Source: Rhizodiscina lignyota (lineage: Eukaryota). From it: DNA of 64,000 nt. Where the stretch lies: positions 1 through 64,000 of the forward strand of contig ML978146.1 of assembly GCA_010015805.1 (NCBI GenBank), written 5' to 3'. Under the pieces are notes generated by a model that was given only the letters and a program-made list of their open reading frames with translations, did no database searches and was not told the DNA's origin. Position numbers and translations under genes: made by a program. Below, piece by piece: positions 13,645-23,062 of this stretch; position 1 is the stretch's first letter, and each line of letters opens with the position of its first letter.

Positions 13645-14007
13645 TTGTTTCTGTTGGAATTTGCGTGAAAAATGGTGCAGTGATTGGATTGATGTAGCAT
13701 TGGAAATGAGAGAGCATTTTCTCTTTCATATATACTTTTCAACATCGGGGCAAATTCAGCAAGTGCCCGGAGTTGAGCGTTGCAATGTACGGACCTGAGG
13801 TCTGAACTCCGCAGGCCAGCCAATCATGAGCTTGCATAGGTGAAGGACCGCGGGATCCCGGAGTTGAGCCTTCAAAGTATCCGAAAGAGGCAGCGGCATC
13901 GACAAACCGAGCCAAACAATAATGCACGGTTAGTGGTACCTTTTCAAGGACGTAAAAATGTTGTGCTTAGTTGCTTTATTCCTTTCTTCCTGCCAATATC
14001 CCCCAAT
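13645..14007. promoter_or_regulatory. Divergent promoter between the MFS and isochorismatase genes with a duplicated CCCGGAGTTGAGC motif
   Basis: Exact 13-bp direct repeat at 13766-13778 and 13857-13869, containing CGG. Confidence 0.5.
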
Positions 14008-14694
14008 ATGGCCCCCACACAGCAAACAACTGAAAGCACCTCAACCTTCGGTACAAACTATGCTGTCTTAAACCTGGATTTGATGACGATTCTGATTGAC
14101 GCAATCAAGGATACGACCGAAGGACAGGCATTCATTTCTAACTGTGCCCGTTGGAACTATGCCGTTCATAAGAAGGATCCGCGACCGCTCACCATCTTTA
14201 CGGGCCTGTTCTTTCACCCTGGAGAGCCAGAGCTGGCAAGAGGCGCTCCATTTACCAAGCTTGTCCAAAACTTCGGATCATTTGCCGTTGGGTCTCCTGG
14301 AGTGCAGATAGCCTCCAATTTTGCAGTTGATGAGAAGGATATCATGCTCCAGAAGACGCGATGGTATGCGGGTGAAGGAAATCGCCTGGAGCAGATTCTG
14401 AAGGCACAGAATGTCAACACAGTTATCATAGTATGCCATCGATTCGTCCTCTCTTCTTCGAGTTGACGAGTGCTATTACAGTCGGGCTTGAGCCTTTCCG
14501 GTGTCGTTATGAGCACAGTCTATCAACTGTTCGACCTCGATTATAACATCTATGTCATCTCGGACAATGTGTTGGAACTGCCGCCAGACCAGAATCCAGA
14601 ATCCTCCAAAGTCTTGCTGGACACGCTTCTACCGAAGATGAATTTGAAAGCAATTTCTATCAACGATGCTTTGCAGATGCTGGAGCGATCTTAG
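14008..14694 (+). CDS. Isochorismatase/cysteine-hydrolase family protein; intron 14431-14481
   Basis: AVLNLDLM, DIMLQKTRWYA, LEQILKAQNVNTVII/SGLSLSGVVMST, DLDYNIYVISD. Confidence 0.85.
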
Positions 14695-14799
14695 CGAGTA
14701 GATGCGCCGATTGGATGCATTTAAGTTGTAAGTGGAATTGCCAGATTGGAGATCGACTGTATTTAGACTTGCTGCTTCGGATGAGCGATAACAGCAATG

Positions 14800-16128
14800 T
14801 CAGCCACCGTGCGTGCAACTTGTTACCGCGTACGTCATTGTTCCGAACTCATCAACAGTCTCCAGCCACCGATCCACTCTAATGCGTCTTTCGAGAATAT
14901 GATGGTCATCCAGGTTTGCGGGAATTGGCCAAAGTTCGTCGATACGAAGACCTCCTTCTGCCCAGTCTACCACGTGAATGTTATATGCCGTTTCCCACTT
15001 GTATCGCGTCGGCGCTGTCCACAGAAACTGGTTCCCGGGGGCAGGCAGCCCTTCTAGCTCTGCGCCCAAAAAGGTCGGAAGGCCGTCTTGTGCCGAAAGC
15101 ACACTGTCGAAAAGATACATTGTGAACAGAGTCCTTCGCTTTGCTTCGGCGACGATCCAGGCCTCCCATTTCGGACGGGCATGCTGTTGCTCCGCGATGC
15201 ACATGAGGCCTCGCCGGCTGCTTGAGCATGCCAGATGTTGCAGATTCATCATCGCTTGCCGAAGGAATGGATTTGAGCCCTGGCTGAGCCTGAAGAATAG
15301 GACCATGGAATAAATTAGGTACGCTTGATAAGTCGCAAGCAGAGTCATATCATCGTATGCCCCATGCTGTTCGTAGAGGCTGTTCATCTCTCTCTGCAGC
15401 ACGTCCGCGGCGACGATCTCGCTTCCAGGCAGTGGATTTTCGCAAATACGAACTAAAGTCAGACAGGTAGAAAGTGGTGGCGTTACCGATGTTGCTATTT
15501 GTGAGGCATGCACGAATGGTGGAATTCCACGACCGCGTACTGTGACAGCTGCATAGGACTTGAGCATCCTGTAGATAAAGGCCGTGATGGAGGCTGGATA
15601 CTCTTTAATCTTCTGTCCGGGGATGGGAACATATGAGTTCAACCAGCGATTCTTAATATCGTCCGCATTAATCGGACAATATAATTCCAGGTCTGAGAAA
15701 TAGAGGGCCTCGAAACCGTCAGACAGACAGCTCGTACCGTTATGACAAGAATGCTTTGGAAAGAGACCTGTAATGACTCTCGGTGAAGAAGTGTCGATCT
15801 GACCGTCTTCATCCATTGACTGTGTCGATCCAACGATCGAACTATCGACAGTTCCTCCAGCAGGCAGCTCGCTCTCAGGGCTCGGAAGTAGATAATTTGA
15901 TGCAGAAAGAATGTTGGATGTGGATGAGGGGATGTTCAACACCACGTCACCGGTGTCATTTGCGCCATGCCCAGGATCTCCAGATGGCAAAGCCTGGGGA
16001 TAAGTGCAAGATAGTCCTCGCTGGGCACACCTGCCGCAACGTCCAGTTTTGCGATCACATTTCGATTTGGCAGCTGAACAGTGAACACATGCCTTTTGCC
16101 GGGAAGTGGCATACCTCGCAGCTTTCAT
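14800..16128 (-). CDS. Zn(II)2Cys6 transcription factor (intronless)
   Basis: ACVHCSAAKSKCDRKTGRCGRCAQRGLSCTY; C-terminal WEAWIVAEAKRRT. Start taken at MKAARY rather than the longest ORF. Confidence 0.92.
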   Translation of the reverse strand: MKAARYATSRQKACVHCSAAKSKCDRKTGRCGRCAQRGLSCTYPQALPSGDPGHGANDTGDVVLNIPSSTSNILSASNYLLPSPESELPAGGTVDSSIVGSTQSMDEDGQIDTSSPRVITGLFPKHSCHNGTSCLSDGFEALYFSDLELYCPINADDIKNRWLNSYVPIPGQKIKEYPASITAFIYRMLKSYAAVTVRGRGIPPFVHASQIATSVTPPLSTCLTLVRICENPLPGSEIVAADVLQREMNSLYEQHGAYDDMTLLATYQAYLIYSMVLFFRLSQGSNPFLRQAMMNLQHLACSSSRRGLMCIAEQQHARPKWEAWIVAEAKRRTLFTMYLFDSVLSAQDGLPTFLGAELEGLPAPGNQFLWTAPTRYKWETAYNIHVVDWAEGGLRIDELWPIPANLDDHHILERRIRVDRWLETVDEFGTMTYAVTSCTHGG

Positions 16129-16379
16129 GGCGGCGTAGAAGTCTCCATTAATGCTCTGATGGCGACAAGTCTCTGCACCTTGACCAGGTTGTGAGCAAGG
16201 AAGGCGGTCGTACGTGTCGTGTAGAAAGACTGCGATTTCGATATCAAGGGGTAGTCTACGGAAGCGGGCCGAAGTGGGGCCGAGTCGTTGGAGTTTGAGC
16301 ATCTGCCTCATCTCTTAATTCTTTATTTCTTCCATTATCGTTTTATTAAACAGATTTGCACAACATGTTCCGCTCTGCT

Positions 16380-16700
16380 GCTTAGATCCTTATTAATACG
16401 CGTGACGTTAAGTAGCTAAGTTTCTATAAAGTAGGCAGACTTAGGATTTTAGTAGCTAGAGTAATCTTATTCTATTAGAGGCCTCGCTAGAGCTCAATTA
16501 GGTATAGCGCTAAAGCACGTGATTACACTTAATTAGGCTAAGCTCTAGCAAAGCCTCTAATTCGCGAATTTAAAATTTGTTAGGAAATTTAAAAGGTTAA
16601 TCTTTTTTCGAATTTTAAATTCTTATAATATTATATAGTAAATAAAAAAAACTTCGTCTGCACGCTTTTGAGACTTTAGAGCTAAATACACGTTAAATCG
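16380..16700. repeat. RIP-like AT-rich DNA containing the right inverted-repeat arm (16417-16461) and a 20-bp hairpin (16475-16494 / 16541-16560)
   Basis: TA-rich; ttagaggcctcgctagagct pairs with agctctagcaaagcctctaa (2 mismatches). Confidence 0.75.
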
Positions 16701-16745
16701 ACATCTATCGACCCTCTTAACCTTCCCCAAGGCCTTCTTTTCGCT

Positions 16746-18077
16746 ATGGCTGCTGTCGCTAGCCAGCAGGGTGGAGGAGTAGCCCAGGGAGACGCGTCGC
16801 GCCCCAGCACTAGAACCACCTCCAGCCACCCCCTCCAAAGCTCAAACACGTCAATCCAGACAGAAATCTCTGAGATCCAGAGAGAATTTGACCTCCATCA
16901 CCAATGGCTTAAAGAAAACGCGCCAGAGGGCGTCCTACGGGACTTCCAGGCCTTGAAAGAGAAGGACTTCAAGATCCACCAAGCAATCGCCCAGGAACCC
17001 CAACTCCCAAGCCAGCAGCTCCAGCAACTCCAGAACGGCATCAAGCAGATCCTCGAGAACCAGCAGAAGCCCGCCCAAGCCCACCCTCCCATCAATCCGA
17101 CTCACGCCCGCACCCAGCGGTGGGCTGAGGTAGTCGCAGCAGCACCCTCCTCGACCCCTACGCCCCAAGATACCCTCGGTAGCACAAAAGCCTCGACTAC
17201 CTACATTATCACGCGCCCAATTGAGGGACGAAGCGAAGCTACGACCCTCTCAAACAAGCAGATCACAGAGAAGTACTAGGCAGCGATACCAGGCACAGTC
17301 ACAGCGAGGAAGCTCCCGAGCGGCGACTATAAGGTCACACTCGAGAACCCAACGCGGAAGGAACACGCCTTTAGGATTCAGGGCCAGCTCAGACAGAAGC
17401 TAGGCGTCAAGATCATCAAGGAGGAGTTCCCAGTTGAGATACTAGGTGTGCCTACCAGCCTCCAAGTCCCAACAGGCCGCGGCGAGGACAGCAGGGCAGC
17501 AATCAAGGCAATCAAGGAAAGGACAGAGATGCTCATCCCTGGCATCGAGATCAACCGCCTCAACTGGATCCACGGAAAGCGCTCACTCCAGCCAAAGCGC
17601 AAGAACGGCCCAGTTCCTTCAGCCGCATCCCTCATCGCCTGGCTCGGCAAGGAGGAGCACCAACGTCTTGCCTGTCTCAGAGGAGTAGTCATCGGCTATG
17701 AGACCTTCAACTGCAGACTGTACCACCCGAGCCTCCAACTCGACTACTGCTTCAAGTGCCAGAAATGGGGCCACCGGCAAGCCGCCTGCCGCTCCCGTCC
17801 GACCTGCGGCTACTGCGCGAAGGGCCACCCGACTAGGGAGTGCCCAGACGCGAACGACAACACGAAGGCGAAGTGCTCAAACTGCGGTCAGCACGGCCAC
17901 CAGGCGTGGAAGAGAGAGAAGTGCGCAGCATATAGGCAGCTCTGGCAGCGGAGAGAGACCATACGGAGTACCCTCTACAAGATACAGAACAACTGGACCA
18001 TAGAGGAATTGAGCAGGCCATCCCCCCCAGAAGCGTCGAGCCACCGACGACAGCACCCTCTTCAGCAAGCTCGCTGA
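16746..18077 (+). pseudogene. LINE ORF1 (gag-like nucleic-acid-binding protein), in-frame TAG at 17277
   Basis: The frame continues through the stop into CFKCQKWGHRQAAC, CGYCAKGHPTREC, CSNCGQHGHQAW...C. Confidence 0.88.
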
Positions 18078-18278
18078 AGCGTACAGCCTCAGGAGCCAGC
18101 CTCAGCCAGGGAGGCTCAGATGGGACTCGAAAGAGAGGCCCAGGTCGCCCGAGCTTGGGCAATCTCCATGGAGCGAGGCCGAGCTCGTCTCAGCCACCAG
18201 TCAGCTTCGGCCGGACAATCGACCTCAACATAGCCGATTGCAGCCCTAAATCCCTCTCTCAGCCTCAGCCCCAGCCTA

Positions 18279-20666
18279 ATGCAGAGTAGACTTGACCAGG
18301 CCAACCCACACAGATCCACGCGCAGCCCAGTCAGAGCGCTCAGCTCTGGCCTCTGCATTATCCAGTACAACTGCGGGAATGCAAACTACAAGCTCGCAAA
18401 GAGTTTCTTTGATCAGCTCCACCCAGATAGACACCACATCATCGCAGTGCAAGAACCTTTCTTCAACGCACAAGCGCACACAACGTATTGCCCCCCAGGC
18501 TTTAGCCTCTGCTACAAGCCGTCAGCACAAACCCGAGTCTGCACTCTCGTCAGCAAGAGGCTCAGAAGCCAGGACTGGTCCTTTGAGGCTCCGCACAGCG
18601 ACATTGCAACTCTTTCTATTCAAACCCAGGTCGGCCGGATCAACATTATCAACGTTTACAACCCGACGCCAGTGACGCCCCAGAGCCTCACGCCAACGCG
18701 CCTCCCAGAGATAGAGGACGCTCTCAACAGCAGCACGAGTAAGGGCCACCTCCCAGTCCTCCTTGGGGACTTCAACTTGCACCACCCAGCCTGGGGTGGA
18801 GTACAGAGTGCTACTGATGTCCTGGCTGAGGAGCTGCTCTCTCTCGCGGCCCAGACGGGACTGGACCTTCTGCTCCCCCCAGGGGAGATCACATGGCAGC
18901 GAGGACAGTCAGCAACAAAGATTGACCTTATACTCGCTGATAGCCAACTCTCCGAACGGCTACAGCGATGCCAACCCCAGCCGGAATGGGCACCTTTCCC
19001 GGACCACATCCCAATCCTCTCCTATTTCGATCTTCAAGTTGCAGAGAGCGTCCCAGCTAAGCGCTTTGCACTGAAGCATTTGGACGCCGAAGGCTACGCC
19101 AAGACCCTTGAGACTGCGCTCTAAGGGAGCTGTCAGCGTCAACACTTACAAGACCCCGACAGCGTCGAGGAAGCAGCAGTGACACTCCAGCGGGCTGTAT
19201 TCCAGTCCCTTGAAGCGCATTGCCCATACGCTAAATCCTACCACCTCGCAAGACGAGAGTGGTCGCCTGAATGCACTGAGCTCCTGCGGGAGCACCGCAG
19301 GGCACGACGACAATACACAGCAACCCAGGAGCCAGAGGACAGGGCCCGGTACAATCGCCTTAGAAACCAGCTGCAGTGGCAAATCAAGAAGGACTCGACG
19401 TCGGCCTGGAGGAGCTTCGTGGAGGACGCAACCGCACAGTCGACAGGACTCTGGAGGCTGTCGAAGTGGACCCGTACGAAGGCAGGAAAGCCGACGCCAC
19501 TCCCCCAGCTCCCAGCACTGCGAAGAGATGCCGAGGGAGAGCTTAAGACGTCAAACGAAGCAAAGGCACAGCTGCTTGCTGAGAGGTTCTTCCCTGCCCC
19601 AGCAGAGATAGAACAGGAACAGGAGCAGTCAGTGGCAGCCCAAGGGGCAGCTCGTGGACGCTATCTACAAAACCCCCCTACAGGCGACGCTGCCCCCCTA
19701 GGCCTCTCAAGCGATGTTGCAAGGGACGACATCTCAAAGATCATCTACTGGCTCCCGAACAAGAAGGCTACAGGCCCTGACCTCATTGCGAACGAGGCAC
19801 TCAAGGCTGGGATAGACCAGCTCTCCCCAGTCTTCGCCCCATTTGCTGAGGCCTGCCTCAAGCTAGGCTACTTCCCTAAGTGCTTTCGCAAGACGGTCAC
19901 CGTTGTCCTCCGCAAGGAGGGCAAAGGCGACTACTCTTTCCCGAGCAGCTACCGCCCAATCGCCCTTAAGAACACACTTGGAAAGGTCCTAGAGAAGCTG
20001 GTCGCCGAACGGCTCACGTCCGCGCTCGAACAGTACCTATCCTCTTTGTCATCTTCATTAGCAGCCTCCACAGGCTGTTCGATAAGGATAACGAAAGCGC
20101 ACTTGGAATAGGCTTCGTCGACGACACGAACATCCTCGTCTGGGGCCCCTCAGCCGCAGCGAACTGCCGCAAGCTTGAGCAACTGTACAAGCAGTGCCTC
20201 ACGTGGGCGAGGGGCCATGGAGCAGTCTTCGCCCCAGACAAATACCAGCTCGTCCACTTCACGAGGAGACGAACGGCGGACGTCACCGCAAAGGTCAATA
20301 TCAACGGCTTCCATGGGGAGCCAGTTGACTCGCTCAGGGTCCTTGGAGTCTGGGTCGACAGGAAGCTCCGGTGGTCGGCGCATATCGCTCAAGTCGCCTA
20401 AAAGGGACTCGCGCGATATGAGGCGCTCTCGCGGCTGGTAGCCTCTACCTAGGGGCTCACCTTCGCGAGAGCCAGGCTGCTGTACACTGCGGTAGTTCGA
20501 CCCACGATCGCCTACGCAAGCAGCGCCTGGGCAGTAGGCGAGAAAGGGCAAGGACTACCAACCGCAACGCTCCAGCCACTCATGCAGCTCCAAGCCAAGT
20601 GCCTCAGGAAGATTGCTGGGGCCTACCGCCGCACGAATACTGCTGCCCTTGAGAAGGATGTCGATA

Positions 20667-20720
<54 letters not shown>

Positions 20721-21517
20721 TCCCGCTCTATCTGCGGAGCCAGGCGTACAAGCACGTCCTCACGCAGCACGACACCGTACCCGAGCGCTTCATCACACAG
20801 CGATGCCTCCAAATCGGCCGACACCGGATTAGGCAGAGGGTAGGCAGGCGACGGCAGGTAGAGCGGCCGGAGACGAGCACACCGCGGGAGAACGCCCTGC
20901 GCGAGGCGAGACAAGCTGAAGAGGAAGGGAAACAGATCGCACAACAACAGGCCCAAGGCCGCCGACGTCAACCACAAACCTTTGGGGACGACCCAAACAC
21001 ATCGACAGCGAAGGTGCTTGAAATCTGGTACCGGCAGCGCTGGAAGGACCGGTGGGAGAAGGCTGGCCTTAACAAGAGTGAATCAACCTGGCACACTCCA
21101 TAGGGAACTACTGGACGACAACTTTTCCAGGACCTCACTCGGCCAGAGGCTACCGCATCTACCATCCTTCGAACAGAGGTAGTTGGGCTCAACTACTTCC
21201 TCTAGAAAGTAGGAGTCCCTGATGCCACCCCTGAATGCTCCTGTAGAGCTGAACGACAAACCCTAAAGCACATCGTCATCTTCTGCCCAGAGAAGAATGA
21301 GGGCCGAGCCCAAATGATGCTCCAGGCAGGCTCGTCAGACTATCGCACGATACTCACAACAAAGAAGGGTATTCAGGCGGCGTCGAGGTGGTTTCTGCGC
21401 TACGGGGGATTGCAGCAGTTCGCGAGGGTCAATAGGGAACTAGACCAGCCGAATCGGAGGGAGAATTGGAGGGAGCTAAGGGCGCTCTCTGTAGAGTGTA
21501 AGGAAGCGCAGCCCTAG
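18279..21517 (+). pseudogene. LINE ORF2 (APE endonuclease - reverse transcriptase - CCHC), with stops, frameshifts and an internal deletion
   Basis: IIQYNC, AVQEP, LLGDFNLHHPAW, KIDL, PDH; KATGPDLI, SSYRPIALKNTLGKVLEK, GFVDD, LGVWVDRKLRW; CSC...TLKHIVIFC. Stops at 19122, ~20399, ~20449, 21101, ~21203. Confidence 0.9.
20668..20718 (+). repeat. Poly-C homopolymer (51 nt) inside LINE ORF2
   Basis: Direct count from the sequence. Confidence 0.95.
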
Positions 21518-22022
21518 AAGAATACTGCAAGTCGCCTCTGGTAGAGCGTTTTCTTTAGAGCCATAACTGCTCTAATTTGGTCACATTGCGTACGTAAAAC
21601 AACACTGAGAACCGCCTGCAAGCCAGGCAAAACGGCTGTTCAGGGTTTTCCTCTACTAGATAGAGATTTTTCCCTATATATATCGATCTAGGTCCGCGTG
21701 GGATTAGCCCGTATCGGACGTTAAGTAAGAATAATATATATATAACTAGTATAGTAGCTTAATACTTACGCGTTTAAAGACTAAACTAACTAGCTTTTAA
21801 AAGTATAAAGCTACTTATTTTATACTAGCTAATGTTACGATTATAGGTCGAATAATAATTACTAGACCCTAACCCTAGGGTTAGAGGGCGGATTACTACG
21901 ATTATAACGAGTAATAAAGTCGCCTAGTTGTAACTAAAGTAATTAGGGTAAGCGGCGTAAGTAAGGGACTTAAAAAGGATCTATATAATATAGTAACTTA
22001 TACTCTCTTTAATAAGTTGTTG

Positions 22023-22444
22023 TTATAACTATAGTAACTTTAGTACGTCTAGGTTACGTGTAAGATCTTGTATAAAATAAGGCTAAGCTAAAAGGGTATT
22101 ATAAGTAGTAGTATATAGATTAATTAACTAAAGAATTAAATGTAACTTATTAAACGAAGTAATAAGTTACTTCTTATATACTAGTTTATATAACTACTTA
22201 CTCTATAATTACAACCTTCTACTTACGCTATAAGCTTAATTACGCCATAAGTACGACTAGAGTACTTATAGTAATTAACCCTAACCCTAGAATCCTATGT
22301 TCTATCTATAATTATAATAGTTGTATTTAATCTCTTAGTTAATTAATCTATATACTACTACTTATAATACCCTTTTAGCTTAGCCTTATTTTATACAAAG
22401 ATCTTATACATAACCTAAACGTATAGAAGTTACTATAGTTATAA
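22023..22444. mobile_element. MITE-like foldback element with ~110-bp terminal inverted repeats
   Basis: 22023-22131 is the reverse complement of 22335-22444; the inner ~60 bp are identical. Spacer about 200 bp. Confidence 0.75.
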
Positions 22445-22447
22445 TAG

Positions 22448-22575
22448 GTACTAAATAAATAGGTATAAAAGTACTAAATAAATAGGCGTAGGCGTACTAA
22501 ATAAGTAGGCGTATAAGTACTAAATAAACAGGCGTAGGCGCACTAAATAAGCAGGTATATAAGTACTAAATAAGC
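22448..22575 (+). repeat. Minisatellite, about 6 copies of a ~23-bp unit (gtactaaataa(a/g)(t/c)aggcgta...)
   Basis: actaaataa recurs at about 23-bp intervals. Confidence 0.85.
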
Positions 22576-23062
22576 ATATACTTAATAAATTCAATATCCT
22601 ATTCACGTCGCGTGCATTATAACTAAGCCTGTCACGTGACCCCGATCACGTGACATTGCCCTTACCCCTAACACGAAGCAACGCGTGTAGGCATAGGGAC
22701 TTATTTATAATATAAAAGTATATTTTCAAAGTTATTAACTTTTCGTGAAATTTTAGCTTAGATTACTACTTAAATCGTTAATTCGCGGCTTAAAGTCCCT
22801 ACGGGAATAAAGCCCTCTAGTCTCTAATTGGTTCGTTCCGAACCACCGCTAAACAAGGTTTAGCGTATTCCCGTAGGGAGGCTAAGCGCCTGAGATTGGG
22901 CTAGAGGCTATTCAAAGGTTCTAATCGTGGGCCGGCGCAAGCCACACTTTAGCGCGCTCTAGATGAGAAATCCAATTCTAGTCCATCCTCTCAGAATCTA
23001 GGTTATCGTCAAGTTCTCTTTTCCTTGTTTCCATTACCCGTCGTTTTCATTTGTACATACTC

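Larger units (their letters stand above)
16700..21745 (+). mobile_element. Non-LTR retrotransposon (LINE, Tad1-like), degenerate; the 5' boundary is approximate
   Basis: ORF1 with CCHC knuckles; ORF2 with APE endonuclease, RT and C-terminal CCHC; 3' stem-loop followed by an A/T-rich tail. Confidence 0.93.
21745..22980. repeat. Heavily RIP-like AT-rich repeat block
   Basis: Very low GC, TpA excess, no ORFs; contains a foldback, a minisatellite and telomere-like hexamers. Confidence 0.85.

Noticed and set aside
22448..22575. CRISPR-like array
   Set aside because: Eukaryotic locus; units are contiguous with no unique spacers and no cas genes.
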